From an uncultured Rhodospirillaceae bacterium (GTDB taxonomy: Bacteria; Pseudomonadota; Alphaproteobacteria; MPNO01; UBA830): a stretch of DNA of 64,000 nucleotides. Of the stretch, positions 32,585 to 42,699 are shown in pieces (within the stretch, counting starts at the first letter, position 1; every line of letters starts with the position of its first letter). The position numbers and the translations under genes were made by a program. Location of the stretch: contig CAXBMQ010000001.1 of the NCBI GenBank assembly GCA_963977005.1, positions 347,888 through 411,887 of the forward strand, given 5' to 3'. The notes under the pieces were generated by a model, which saw only the letters and a program-made list of their open reading frames with translations, ran no database searches and was not told the origin of the DNA.

Positions 32585-33076
32585 TCAGGTGTCGTTCATG
32601 CCAAGGGCGCGTTCGATCTCGACAACGTTTTCGGGCCGCGCGAACGGTGCCGGTGCCGGATCGCCCGGCCGGCGTGCCTGCCCGATGGTCTCGAAAAAGT
32701 CTTCCAGGCCCGCGGGTGTGATCACCCACAGCATCACCAGGTCCTCGTCGCCGTCGTTATAGATGGCGTGCTTGACGTCATAGCCGAGAAAGCAGGACGA
32801 CCCGGGCACGATGTCGTGGCGTTCGCCATCCACCATCACGTGGCCTTTGCCCCTGAAGCAGATCTGCAGCTCCACCTGATCGGGATGGGAGTGTTCGCGC
32901 ACGTGGCCGCCGACGCCGATGGTCTGATACCCCATCGACACATCGTTGAATTTGGTGTTGGCCGGGGTCAGCATCGGTTCGGCATGGCCGTTCGCCGGGA
33001 CCGGCTGCCAGAAGCTCGGCCCGTCACCGGGTTGCATTACGACCGCGTGCCCCCGGATATCGTCGGTGCCCGTCAT
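32585..33076 (-). CDS. cupin domain protein
   Basis: HxH...E...H cupin metal motif (HVREHSHPDQVE ... H). Start taken at internal MTGTDD. Confidence 0.6.
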   Translation of the reverse strand: MTGTDDIRGHAVVMQPGDGPSFWQPVPANGHAEPMLTPANTKFNDVSMGYQTIGVGGHVREHSHPDQVELQICFRGKGHVMVDGERHDIVPGSSCFLGYDVKHAIYNDGDEDLVMLWVITPAGLEDFFETIGQARRPGDPAPAPFARPENVVEIERALGMNDT

Positions 33077-33339
33077 GCTCTCTCTCCCTCCAATACGGTT
33101 TGAGGGGTCATTGTACGACGATCCGGGCAAATGCCAAAGCGGGCCACGAGACAGCGACACGGTTTTTCAGGCGATCTTCTGCGATTCCGCCTGTTGTCCG
33201 CCTCGCCACGGCATTCGGCATTCGGGAAAGCGGCGCGACATGTCGCCGACCCGGAACACAGCGGTGCGGGCGGGGCGCCCGCTGAATAGAAAACGGCGGC
33301 CACAAGGGCCGCCGCTCAAGTCTTGAAATCGCCCGAAGC

Positions 33340-35484
33340 TTACGCCGCGCGCACAGTATCCAGAAACTTCTGGACTTCACTACGCAGCGTTTCTCCCTGC
33401 TGACCGAGGCTGGTCGCGGCGTCGAGCATCTGGCCGCTGACCGTCATACTCTCCGCGGCAACCGCCGTCACATCGGCGATCGCGGTGGAGACGTCCTGCG
33501 TACCGGCTGCCGCCTGCTGTACGTTCTCCGCGATCTCGCGGGTCGCGGCGCCCTGCTCGCCGACCGCGGCGACAACGGAAGTTGCGATTTCGCCGATCTC
33601 TACGATCGTGCCGCCGATACCCTGAATCGCCTGCACGGCGTCCTCGGTTGCCGACTGAATTGCACCGATCTGGGTACCGATTTCCTCGGTTGCCTTGGCG
33701 GTCTGGTCGGCCAGGGATTTGACCTCGGTCGCAACCACGGCAAACCCCTTGCCGGCCTCGCCGGCGCGGGCCGCCTCGATCGTCGCGTTCAGTGCCAGCA
33801 AATTCGTCTGGCTCGCGATATCGTTGATCAGGCTGATCACGTCGCCGATTTTCTGCGCGCCCTCGGCCAGCCCTTCGACCTTTTTGTTGGTCTCCTGCGC
33901 ACCGGCAACGGCATTCTGCGCGATCTCGTTACTATGCGTCACCTGTCGGCTGATCTCCTCAACCGAGGCCGATAGCTCCTCGGTCGCGCTGGCAACGGTC
34001 TGCACGTTGCTTGTCGCTTCCTCGGCGCCGGCGGCGACCGTGGTCGCCTGCTCCGACGTTTTCTGCGCCGTTGCCGACATCTTCTCGGCGGATGACCGCA
34101 TCTGATCCGTCGCGGAAGCAACCGATGAAACAACGCCCATCACGTTCTTTTCGAATTCGTCCGCCATGCGAAGCATTGCCTGCTGGCGTTCGGTTTCGGC
34201 TTTTGCGTCGGCAACGCGCTTTTCTTCGGCCGCCTGCTGCTCGGCGTCCCGCTGTGCCTCTTCCAGCTTGCGCTTTTCGGCTTCCTGTTGCCGGGTCTCC
34301 TCCTCGCGCCGTTCGGCATCCCGCTTCAGGTTCTCGCGGAACGTCTCGAGCGCCCGCGCCATTCCGCCGATTTCGTCACGGTATTCCTTGCCGTCGATCT
34401 CGAGTTCGGTGTTTCCTTCTGCCAGCTGGTCCACCGTTTCCGAAAATCTGCGAACCGGGACGGTGATGCTACGCGCCACGAGGAACCCACCGGCAATACT
34501 CAGCAGCAGGATTGCCGCCACCATGCCGATCAGAAAAACGTTCAGCGCTTCCTTCATCGCCTGGCGATCTGCCCCGGCCTCCGTCATTTTCGCGGCCGTA
34601 AACTCATGGACGGCATCGAACGGCGGCACCATGCCGGCAAAAATCGTCGACAGTTTTTTGGTTTCGGCTTTCAAGAGCAGGCTTTTCGCGGCGAATTTCT
34701 TGAAATCGGCGACATAAGTATCCAGCAGGGCGTTGATTGCCCGCTGTTCGGACGCCGGTAACAGGGAAGCCGCCAGAATCGAGCGGAATTCGGCCTGCCT
34801 TTTGTCGATGCGGCCGATGTATTTCTCCGCGCTCCGCATAATGAAGTCTTTTTCGTGACGACGCATCATCAGCATCTTGACCGTCAATGCATCGAGATTA
34901 GCCGTTTTCAGGCGCGTTTCCACACCGTGTACCGCTTTGCGCAGGCTGCCCTGAAGGCCGGATTTCTCGTCCAGGCCAAGCTCGTTCTGGAGCCCGAACA
35001 CCGTTGCGAACTGCGCCCTGTGCGACGCCAGCCCGGCCGCGATGGCCTTGAGCTCCGCCTCGACCGGCCGCGCGTTCAGGATGTCGGCAAGGGCTTTCAC
35101 CGTCGCCTGCGCCCGTCCGGCGGCTTTCGCGTACTTGGCTTCATATTTTTCGGCCCGCCGCAGCAGGAAATCCTTCTCGCTGCGGCGCATCTGAAGCGTG
35201 GCAATGATGAGCTGTTCGTTCTGCCGCTCTATCTCGGCATAGGAATCGTACGACGCTTCGTTGGCGTCGAGCGCCATCTCCAGCCCACCGGCCGTAATCG
35301 CCATTGCCGCGACGCCGATGACGCCCGCGCCGACAAGCGTCCAGACCCGCTGACCGATTGTCCGGTTGCGCAGAAACCGTTCCAGGCCTCCGATCTTCGC
35401 GAGGCCCTTGCCTGCTTGGTCCGAATCGTTGCCGGGTTCGGCAACTGCGTTTTCTTCAATACCGTGATCTGTTTCTGAGGACAC
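33340..35484 (-). CDS. methyl-accepting chemotaxis protein
   Basis: 714 aa. Two TM helices, periplasmic 4HB-like sensor, HAMP, a long coiled coil, and the MCP signalling domain with the conserved hairpin tip ([23 protein letters not shown]). Confidence 0.85.
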   Translation of the reverse strand: MSSETDHGIEENAVAEPGNDSDQAGKGLAKIGGLERFLRNRTIGQRVWTLVGAGVIGVAAMAITAGGLEMALDANEASYDSYAEIERQNEQLIIATLQMRRSEKDFLLRRAEKYEAKYAKAAGRAQATVKALADILNARPVEAELKAIAAGLASHRAQFATVFGLQNELGLDEKSGLQGSLRKAVHGVETRLKTANLDALTVKMLMMRRHEKDFIMRSAEKYIGRIDKRQAEFRSILAASLLPASEQRAINALLDTYVADFKKFAAKSLLLKAETKKLSTIFAGMVPPFDAVHEFTAAKMTEAGADRQAMKEALNVFLIGMVAAILLLSIAGGFLVARSITVPVRRFSETVDQLAEGNTELEIDGKEYRDEIGGMARALETFRENLKRDAERREEETRQQEAEKRKLEEAQRDAEQQAAEEKRVADAKAETERQQAMLRMADEFEKNVMGVVSSVASATDQMRSSAEKMSATAQKTSEQATTVAAGAEEATSNVQTVASATEELSASVEEISRQVTHSNEIAQNAVAGAQETNKKVEGLAEGAQKIGDVISLINDIASQTNLLALNATIEAARAGEAGKGFAVVATEVKSLADQTAKATEEIGTQIGAIQSATEDAVQAIQGIGGTIVEIGEIATSVVAAVGEQGAATREIAENVQQAAAGTQDVSTAIADVTAVAAESMTVSGQMLDAATSLGQQGETLRSEVQKFLDTVRAA

Positions 35485-35591
35485 TGGTCTGACCTTTGCT
35501 AATCTGGGTTATGTGGCGACGCAGTGAAATAAAAGCGTCTAAAACCGATAACCGGAAATTGGCCTTAAACTGTAAAAAGGGAGTAAACTTT

Positions 35592-35622
35592 GCCGCCGGA
35601 AAAACAGTTTTTTCAGGCGGCC
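35592..35622. terminator. hairpin overlapping the tsaD stop codon (possible terminator)
   Basis: GCCGCCGGAAAAAC / GTTTTTTCAGGCGGC imperfect inverted repeat. Confidence 0.3.
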
Positions 35623-36653
35623 GCCCCGGTCAGGTCCGCCAGCGGCCAGCGCGGGCGGGGGGCGAAATCCAGATCGTCGGTCAGGCCGAGACGCAGGCGT
35701 TCGATTCCGGCCCACGCGATCATCGCGCCGTTATCGGTACACAGTCCCGGCGGCGGCACCACGCACCGGAAGCCGAGCAGCGCGCACATCCCTGTCAGCT
35801 TTTCGCGGAGCGCCGAATTGGCAGCAACACCGCCGGCAACGACAAGGGTTTTGCCATCGGGATGTTTTTCGTCGAAGTCGGCGATGGCATGGGCGCACCG
35901 GTCGGCCAGAACATCGGCCACGGCGGCCTGGAACGACGCGGCGATATCGGCCGCATCCGTCTCCGACAGGCTGTCGCCCGGCAGGTCGAGAATCGCCTGG
36001 CGCACCGATGTCTTGAGGCCCGAGAACGACATGTCGCAGCCGGGGCGCCCCTTCATCGGGCGCGGGAAGGCGAACCGCCTGGCGTCGCCCGACCGGGCAG
36101 CGGCCTCCACCGCCGGACCGCCGGGAAAGCCGAGCCCCATCATCTTCGCGCATTTATCGAACGCCTCGCCGACCGCATCGTCGACCGTACCGCCCATGAG
36201 CGTATACCGTCCCGGTGCGGTGACGGTCAGGAACTGGCAATGGCCCCCCGATACGAGCAGCAGCAGATAGGGAAACGCCACATCGTCGGTGAGCCGCGCG
36301 GTCAGCGCATGGCCCTCGAGATGGTTGACCGCGACGAAGGGCAGGTTCCGCGTTGCCGCCATTGCCTTTGCGGTCATGGCGCCGACGATAACGCCGCCGA
36401 TCAGCCCGGGGCCGGCGGTAGCGGCGATCCCGTCGAGATCGGCGACAGCCATATCGGCCTCGGCCAGCGTCCGGCGGATGACATCTTCGACAATATCGAG
36501 ATGTGCCCGGGCAGCGATTTCGGGCACGACACCACCAAAAGCCTTGTGTTCGTCAAGCTGGGAATAGATAACATTTCCCAGAATACGGCGGTCGTCGGCG
36601 ACGATGGCCGCCGCCGTCTCATCACAGCTCGTTTCAATTCCGAGGACGATCAT
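35613..36653 (-). CDS. tsaD: tRNA N6-adenosine threonylcarbamoyltransferase
   Basis: [16 protein letters not shown]-terminus and Kae1/Gcp family fold. 346 aa. Confidence 0.9.
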   Translation of the reverse strand: MIVLGIETSCDETAAAIVADDRRILGNVIYSQLDEHKAFGGVVPEIAARAHLDIVEDVIRRTLAEADMAVADLDGIAATAGPGLIGGVIVGAMTAKAMAATRNLPFVAVNHLEGHALTARLTDDVAFPYLLLLVSGGHCQFLTVTAPGRYTLMGGTVDDAVGEAFDKCAKMMGLGFPGGPAVEAAARSGDARRFAFPRPMKGRPGCDMSFSGLKTSVRQAILDLPGDSLSETDAADIAASFQAAVADVLADRCAHAIADFDEKHPDGKTLVVAGGVAANSALREKLTGMCALLGFRCVVPPPGLCTDNGAMIAWAGIERLRLGLTDDLDFAPRPRWPLADLTGAAA

Positions 36654-36790
36654 CGATATGAATGCGCATTCTGAAAACCGGGGACGGCGACCCTACCTCA
36701 GAGTGTCCCCGAATTCCACGGTCGTCGGCATGCCGGGCGGGCAAACGCTATGAGGAGCGGCCCGGTCGTGAATCGGATACGGTTGTCCGG

Positions 36791-37732
36791 ATGACGGCAC
36801 CTGTGGTTCGGATCGGTACGCGCGGCAGCCCGCTGGCGCTCTGGCAGGCGAATGAAGTGCGCCGCCGGCTTGGCGACGCTCATCCCGACCTTGCCGATGA
36901 CGGCGCCGTTCAGATCGAGGTTATCCGGACATCCGGGGACCGCCTGCAGCAGGGCACCCTGTACGATGTCGGCGGGAAAGGCCTGTTCACCAAGGAAATC
37001 GAAGAGGCGATGCTGGCGGGGACGATCGATATCGCCGTCCATTCCATGAAGGACGTGCCGACATGGTTTCCCGACGGTCTGACCGTCGACTGCCTGCTGC
37101 CGCGCGCGGACCCGCGCGATGCCCTGATCGCGCCGGGGTCGGCCACCATCGCCGAGCTTCCGGCCGGCATCACCGTCGGTACGGCGTCGCTCCGGCGCAA
37201 GGCGCTGCTGCTGCACCGACGCCCCGATCTCAAGGTGGTTCCGCTGCGCGGCAATGTCGACACACGGCTCGGCAAGGTGTTGACCGGACAGGTCGATGCG
37301 ACGTTTCTGGCCGTTGCCGGGCTCGACCGGCTGGGGCGAAAGGATGTCGGCGCCCAGCCGGTCGAGCCGGAAGAAATGCTCCCCGCGGTCTGCCAGGGCA
37401 TTGTCGGCATCGAACGTCGCCTGGACGACGACCGTATCGCCGCCCTGCTTGAGCCGTTGAACGATACCGAGGCGGCGCTCGGTTCCGCCGCCGAACGCAG
37501 CCTGCTGGCCGGGCTGGACGGGTCCTGCCGCACACCCATTGCCGCCCTGGCGGAGATCGACGGCGACGAGATGTACCTGCGGACCGCGATCGTGCGCCCC
37601 GACGGGAGCGAACTGATCGGAACCGACCGCCGGGGTGCCGCCGCGGACGGCGCCCGGATGGGAAAAGACGCTGCGGCCGAGCTTCGCGGCAAGGCCGGAC
37701 CGGGATTTTTTAGCGAGGCAGAAGATGACTGA
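36791..37732 (+). CDS. hemC: hydroxymethylbilane synthase (porphobilinogen deaminase)
   Basis: IGTRGSPLALWQA start region. Divergent from tsaD as in many alphaproteobacteria. Start at MTAPVVRIG. Confidence 0.9.
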   Translation: MTAPVVRIGTRGSPLALWQANEVRRRLGDAHPDLADDGAVQIEVIRTSGDRLQQGTLYDVGGKGLFTKEIEEAMLAGTIDIAVHSMKDVPTWFPDGLTVDCLLPRADPRDALIAPGSATIAELPAGITVGTASLRRKALLLHRRPDLKVVPLRGNVDTRLGKVLTGQVDATFLAVAGLDRLGRKDVGAQPVEPEEMLPAVCQGIVGIERRLDDDRIAALLEPLNDTEAALGSAAERSLLAGLDGSCRTPIAALAEIDGDEMYLRTAIVRPDGSELIGTDRRGAAADGARMGKDAAAELRGKAGPGFFSEAEDD

Positions 37733-39962
37733 ACGCCGCCGCAAACGCGCCCTGATCACGCGTCCGCAGGAGGATTCCGCGGATGCCGCCATCGCGCTGG
37801 CCCGGCGCGGCATAACGCCCGTCCTGGCGCCGATGATGCGTATCGAGTACGCCAAGACGGATATCGGCAACGAGGTGGCGCTGGCGCAGGCGGTTCTGTT
37901 TACCAGCCGGAACGGCGTTCGCGCCTTCGCGCGGCTGTCCCCGCGGCGCGATATCACGGTACTTGCGGTGGGAGATTCGACAGCGGCGCTCGCCCGCGAT
38001 AACGGATTCGTCAACGTGGAAAGCGCCGGGGGCGACAGCGCCGATCTCGCCCGGCTGACAATCGACCGGCTGGACCCGGCGAACGGCCTGCTGTTCCATG
38101 CGGCGGGCGCAACCGTGGCCGGCGACCTGACCGAGGCGCTGAACAAGGCCGGTTTCAAAACCGTGCGCCGGACCCTTTACGAAGCAAAGGCGCTGGACGC
38201 CCTGAAGGAGGATACGGCAACCGCGCTGCGCGACCGCACCCTCGACTACGTTCTGTTCTTTTCGCCGCGGACGGGGCGCATCTTTGCCGATCTGGTCGAG
38301 AAAGCGGGACTTGCAAAAACCTGCGACAGCCTGACGGCAATCTGTCTCTCGGCGGGGGTTGCGTCGGAAATTAAAAACATCCAATGGCAGAACACCGTTA
38401 TCGCCCAACACCCGACGACGGCATCCCTGCTGTCGATCATCGCGACGCTGGATGACACCGAGACCCCGCCGCCCTCGGAGCCCGCGCCGGCGACCGACCG
38501 GGAACGACGGCCGGAAACGGCCGCGACCACACCTGTCCCCGACAGCACCGAGAACGAGACAGAGACCGGGTCGGAGACCGAGACCGGGGCTGAAAACCCG
38601 GAAGCAGGCGAAACCGCCGAAACAGGCGCCCCGGTTGTACAAAGCACGATTGCGGAGGAAGATGGCGCAAAGCCGCAAGAGAGCGCAATGACCGAAACGA
38701 ACCCAGCGAAACAGGAATCCGGGCGGCCGTCCGAAAAATCGGCGGAAACCGCGGATGCGCCGGAAGAACCGGAAACATCCGAGATGCGCGATTCCGCTGC
38801 GGCGCTATCGGCCGCCCTGGCGTCGGCACCGCCGGCGAGCGCAACATCCGGCCGGTCCAGGACAGGCACGGTCCTGGTGACCCTTGTTGCCGTGATCGTC
38901 GTACTGGGTGCCGGATATGCAACGCTGCCGTCCTGGCGCGATCGCCTGCCACCGGTCGTCCGGGATCACCTTGCGGGAACCGCTGCCGTCTCCGAGGCCC
39001 TGCAGCGGGAGAATCGCGAACTCGGCGCGCGGCTCGCCGACATCGCCGCAATTCTGCGGACCAAAGAGGCGGATCTCGACGCCGCCCAAAGCCGGATTTC
39101 GGCGATGGAAAAACAGACGGACGATCTGAATGCCCGCATCGCCGCCGGTGAAAAAGCGCTGACCGAACTGCGTGCGGCCAATGCGGAAGGCACGGCGGCA
39201 GCGGCGGAAAACACGGCGCTCAAAGACCGCATCGAAACACTGAATGACTCGCTGGCCGCCGAAAAAGCGGCGCGCGCCGCCGCCGAGGCCGCAACGCAGA
39301 AAGCCGAAGCGCTGGCGGCAGAACGCGCGGCGGCGGCCGGAAAACTTGCCGCGACGGTCGAAATGACGACCGGCAGGATCGCCGGGCTGAAGAAAGAGCT
39401 GGATACGGCACGACAGGCGGTCGTGCTAGCCGGCAAGGCGGACACCGTCGCCCTGGCGGCGCGCAAACTGCGCGATACCCTGGACGGCGCCGCGCCGTTC
39501 GAGGCCGAGATATCTGCGCTGAAAGCGGCTGCCGGAGACGCGCCGGCGGTGAGCGCCGCCCTGGAGAGGATAGAACCGCTTGCGCCTGCGGGTGTTGCGA
39601 CACGCAGCGACCTGTTCGCCCGGCTGCCGGCCACGGTCGCCGCCGCCGTAGCGGCGGAGCGCCGGCCGAAAAACGACGGCTGGATCGACAGAACGGTCGC
39701 GAAACTGACCGGTTTCGTCACCGTCCGGCGGATCGACGGCAAGGGCGCGGGTTCCGATGCGATCCTCGCGCGGGCGGAAATGGCGGCCCGGCGCGGCGAC
39801 CTGCCGGCGGCGGTGGCGGAAATCTCGGCCCTGACCGGCCCCGGCGCGGCGGCAGCGGCCCCCTGGCTTGAAGCCGCACAGGCCCGCATTGCCGTCGACC
39901 GGGCGCGGACGGCGCTCGACAAGATCGTCCTGACGGGCGTCGCCGCGGGAGACCCTTCATGA
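37725..39962 (+). CDS. hemD: uroporphyrinogen-III synthase (HemD) N-domain fused to an alphaproteobacterial Mic60/mitofilin-like (COG4223) protein
   Basis: The HemD-like fold runs to about residue 250 and is followed by an acidic low-complexity linker, a single TM helix (TGTVLVTLVAVIVVLGAGYATL) and a long Ala-rich coiled coil. The C-terminus carries a mitofilin signature (DGWIDRTVAKLTGFVTVRRIDG...AVAEISAL). One uninterrupted ORF in the six-frame track. Confidence 0.6.
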   Translation: MTERRRKRALITRPQEDSADAAIALARRGITPVLAPMMRIEYAKTDIGNEVALAQAVLFTSRNGVRAFARLSPRRDITVLAVGDSTAALARDNGFVNVESAGGDSADLARLTIDRLDPANGLLFHAAGATVAGDLTEALNKAGFKTVRRTLYEAKALDALKEDTATALRDRTLDYVLFFSPRTGRIFADLVEKAGLAKTCDSLTAICLSAGVASEIKNIQWQNTVIAQHPTTASLLSIIATLDDTETPPPSEPAPATDRERRPETAATTPVPDSTENETETGSETETGAENPEAGETAETGAPVVQSTIAEEDGAKPQESAMTETNPAKQESGRPSEKSAETADAPEEPETSEMRDSAAALSAALASAPPASATSGRSRTGTVLVTLVAVIVVLGAGYATLPSWRDRLPPVVRDHLAGTAAVSEALQRENRELGARLADIAAILRTKEADLDAAQSRISAMEKQTDDLNARIAAGEKALTELRAANAEGTAAAAENTALKDRIETLNDSLAAEKAARAAAEAATQKAEALAAERAAAAGKLAATVEMTTGRIAGLKKELDTARQAVVLAGKADTVALAARKLRDTLDGAAPFEAEISALKAAAGDAPAVSAALERIEPLAPAGVATRSDLFARLPATVAAAVAAERRPKNDGWIDRTVAKLTGFVTVRRIDGKGAGSDAILARAEMAARRGDLPAAVAEISALTGPGAAAAAPWLEAAQARIAVDRARTALDKIVLTGVAAGDPS

Positions 39963-41422
39963 TCCGGTTTACGATTTCGATCATCGCAGCGCTGGCGGTC
40001 GTCGTGGCCGCCGCGATCTGGTTCAGCGACCGGCCGGGCGCGGTATCCATCGAATGGCAGGGCTGGCTGATCGAAATGTCGGTCGGCCGGTTTGTGCTGG
40101 CCGCCGCGATTGTACTGGCCGCCGCCCTGATCGTGATCGGGCTGTTCCGCACCATCGGGCATGTGCCGGGACGCATACGCGAAAGCCTGCGGACATCGCG
40201 ACGCGAACGCGGCTACCGCGCGCTGACCCATGGCATGGTCGCCGTCGCCGCAGGCGATCCGGACGAGGCCAACCGCCAGGCCCGGCGCGCGGATGTGCTG
40301 CTCAACGAACCGCCGCTGACAATGCTGCTCTCCGCCCAGGCGGCCCAGCTGAACGGCGACGAAGAAGCCGCCACACGGTATTTCAGCGCCATGCTGGAAC
40401 GGCCCGAAACCGCTTTTCTCGGCGTCCGCGGCCTGCTGATGCAGGCGCAGAAGAACAACGACCGGCGCGGTGCGCTGGAATACGCCGAGCGCGCCTATCG
40501 ACTGCAGCCGAAAACGCCCTGGGTTCTGAACACCATGTTCGACCTGCAGGTCGCCGAGGGAAAATGGCAGGCCGCGCTGTCGACCCTGGAAGAAGCCGTG
40601 AAGCGGCGAGCGGTGACCGCCGAGGCAGCCCGGGATCGCCGGGCAACGGTGTTGCTTGGGTGCAGCAGCGAAGCGGAAGCGGGCGGCGAGCCGGCCGAAG
40701 CGCTCAAATTCGCAAAGCGCGCCAACACGCTGGCGCCGGAATTCCTGCCCGCCGTGCTGCGCTGCGCGGACCTGATGGTGCGCGCCGGCAAGACCCGCCC
40801 GGCAACACGCATGATCCAGGATGCCTGGGAGCGCACGCCGCACCCGGAGCTCGCCCGCCTTTACGGCGAAATGGAAAAGGCGGACGGCGACGTGCTGAAA
40901 CGGGTCAAGCGGTTCGAGCGCCTGCTGTCCTTCAACGCCGACCATCGGGAAAGCCATATTGCACTGGCGCAGGCGGCGCTTGCGGCGGAACTGTGGGGCG
41001 AAGCGCGAAACCATCTGGAAAAAGCCGCGGGCGACGACCCACCGGCCCGTGTCTGCCGGATGATGGCCGATCTGGAAGAGCGATCGGGAAAAGATCCGCA
41101 GGCCGTGCACACCTGGCTGCTCCGCGCCTCCGATGCGCCGCCCGACCCGGCCTGGATCTGCAGCGATTGCGGCGCCGCCTGGGGAGACTGGACACCTGTG
41201 TGCGGGCATTGCCAGGCGCTGGGAACGCTGACCTGGGAACCGCCGGCCCGCGCGCCGACGGCCGGCCTGCGCCTCGCCGGTGCGGATGACGGCCATGGCG
41301 ACATCCTCGATCAGGAGGGCGGCACCCTGCTGCTGGAAGACGAGATCACGGAGGACACACAAGCCGGCCCCTCCGCGGCCGGCGAAAATACGGACGACAA
41401 GCATCCGCCTTCCCGGCCCTGA
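39959..41422 (+). CDS. HemY N-terminal domain TPR protein (COG3898)
   Basis: N-terminal 2 TM helices plus TPR-like region, downstream of hemD/mic60 as in the conserved alphaproteobacterial hem locus. ATGA overlap with the upstream gene. Confidence 0.75.
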   Translation: MIRFTISIIAALAVVVAAAIWFSDRPGAVSIEWQGWLIEMSVGRFVLAAAIVLAAALIVIGLFRTIGHVPGRIRESLRTSRRERGYRALTHGMVAVAAGDPDEANRQARRADVLLNEPPLTMLLSAQAAQLNGDEEAATRYFSAMLERPETAFLGVRGLLMQAQKNNDRRGALEYAERAYRLQPKTPWVLNTMFDLQVAEGKWQAALSTLEEAVKRRAVTAEAARDRRATVLLGCSSEAEAGGEPAEALKFAKRANTLAPEFLPAVLRCADLMVRAGKTRPATRMIQDAWERTPHPELARLYGEMEKADGDVLKRVKRFERLLSFNADHRESHIALAQAALAAELWGEARNHLEKAAGDDPPARVCRMMADLEERSGKDPQAVHTWLLRASDAPPDPAWICSDCGAAWGDWTPVCGHCQALGTLTWEPPARAPTAGLRLAGADDGHGDILDQEGGTLLLEDEITEDTQAGPSAAGENTDDKHPPSRP

Positions 41423-41504
41423 CGCCGCCCTGTCGCTTCTCCTCTTGTTTGTCCGGGCATTAGGCGTTATTTGTCCGCCTGCAATCGACAAGCCGGATTG
41501 CACA

Positions 41505-41543
41505 GGCCGCCTTAGCTCAGCTGGTAGAGCATCGCATTCGTAA
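41505..41543 (+). repeat. 39-nt direct copy of the 5' half (through the anticodon loop) of the downstream tRNA-Thr, i.e. a pseudo-tRNA fragment
   Basis: Identical to 41629-41667 (GGCCGCCTTAGCTCAGCTGGTAGAGCATCGCATTCGTAA). Similarity decays after the anticodon loop. Confidence 0.8.
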
Positions 41544-41629
41544 GAAGCGGGTCTACCGGGATAGATTAAGGTGGTTCAGTTGGTTAGAGATGTCGTGTTT
41601 GAATTAATACGGCTATAATACGGTTTAGG

Positions 41630-41705
41630 GCCGCCTTAGCTCAGCTGGTAGAGCATCGCATTCGTAATGCGGGGGTCGCGTGTTCGAGTCACGCAGGCGG
41701 CACCA
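41630..41705 (+). tRNA. tRNA-Thr (anticodon CGT)
   Basis: Manual cloverleaf fold. Acceptor GCCGCCT/AGGCGGC, D-arm GCTC-AGCTGGTA-GAGC, anticodon stem TCGCA/TGCGG with loop TTCGTAA, T-arm GCGTG-TTCGAGT-CACGC, discriminator A, encoded CCA. 76 nt. Confidence 0.85.
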
Positions 41706-41931
41706 CTACTATTGATAGATGATCCGTCAACCCCCGGTGGCAAGAGATCGGCCTATCGATTGATCAAAATTCGCAATAATTTATACGGTTTTTTCGGGAC
41801 CCTGTTAATCCTGAGTACTGGCCGTTTATGAAAATCTGAGCTAGACGACTGGCGAAGGTTGCGCGACATTCTATTGTGCAATGATCTCAAATCGCTAAAT
41901 ATGTGCGACTTTAGATAGAGAGTTTGGAAAA

Positions 41932-42696
41932 ATGAGCGAAGATTTTAACCTCCCAGCCTCCTCAATTGAGGAAGTAAATAAGATTATCGCAGGCTATGCT
42001 GCCTTAGACAAACCTTCAACGCTTGCCGACGTCAGCAAGGCGACAGGTGGTGTTCCCGAGTCAACTGTCAGTCGAAATTCCAAGTTTTTGGTCTCGGTTG
42101 GGATCATTGAGTCGGGTGCGAAGAAAGCATCAACCGACGTTGGCAAACGTTTGGGGAACGCACTATCACATAATCTGGAAGATGAAGTGCGCGAAGCATA
42201 TGCTGAGATTGTTTCAGATAGCGAGTTTTTGAAGAATATTCTAAGTGCAGTGCGTATACGAAAAGGGATGGAAGAAAGCTCGCTTCGAGCTCATATCGCT
42301 TATAGCGCCGGGGCAAAAAAATCTGGGTATACGACTGCCGGTGCTGGAACGATTATCCAGATCCTTAGAATGACCGGCCACCTGAATGAAGAAGACGGAA
42401 AGCTAGTGGTTGGGTCAACATCGACTCAGTGGCAGCAATCTGAAAATGAAATCGGTACCGCTGATAGAGAGAAACTTAGAGGCATCCCCGCCCCCCCAGC
42501 CATTCGAACCACTAACGAAGGCCTCCGGGTACAAATCGGGGACGAGGATTCACCTTTTGCTATTTCGATTGACGTCAAAGTTACCTGCACAACTGATGAC
42601 CTTGAAAACCTTGGGCGCAAACTCCGCAAGGTTGTTGATGATTTCTCTCAGAAGCCGCAATCCGATGAAAACGATCAAGACGCAACGGCGAATTAA
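41932..42696 (+). CDS. hypothetical protein with N-terminal wHTH-like module (islet gene 1)
   Basis: 254 aa, low GC. The N-terminal roughly 45 aa (IIAGYAALDKPSTLADVSKATGGVPESTVSRNSKFLVSVGIIES) looks like a winged helix and is paralogous to the N-terminus of the downstream ORF. No family recognised. Confidence 0.5.
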   Translation: MSEDFNLPASSIEEVNKIIAGYAALDKPSTLADVSKATGGVPESTVSRNSKFLVSVGIIESGAKKASTDVGKRLGNALSHNLEDEVREAYAEIVSDSEFLKNILSAVRIRKGMEESSLRAHIAYSAGAKKSGYTTAGAGTIIQILRMTGHLNEEDGKLVVGSTSTQWQQSENEIGTADREKLRGIPAPPAIRTTNEGLRVQIGDEDSPFAISIDVKVTCTTDDLENLGRKLRKVVDDFSQKPQSDENDQDATAN

Positions 42697-42699
42697 TAA

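Noticed and set aside
41544-41628. 85-nt spacer between the tRNA half-copy and the intact tRNA, considered as a group I intron or a second tRNA (it contains GGTTCAGTTGGTTAGAG, a D-arm-like string).
   Set aside because: A full tRNA copy follows rather than a 3' exon, so it is not an intron. No acceptor or anticodon or T-arm can be folded around the D-arm-like string, so it is better explained as decayed tRNA or att-site remnant.
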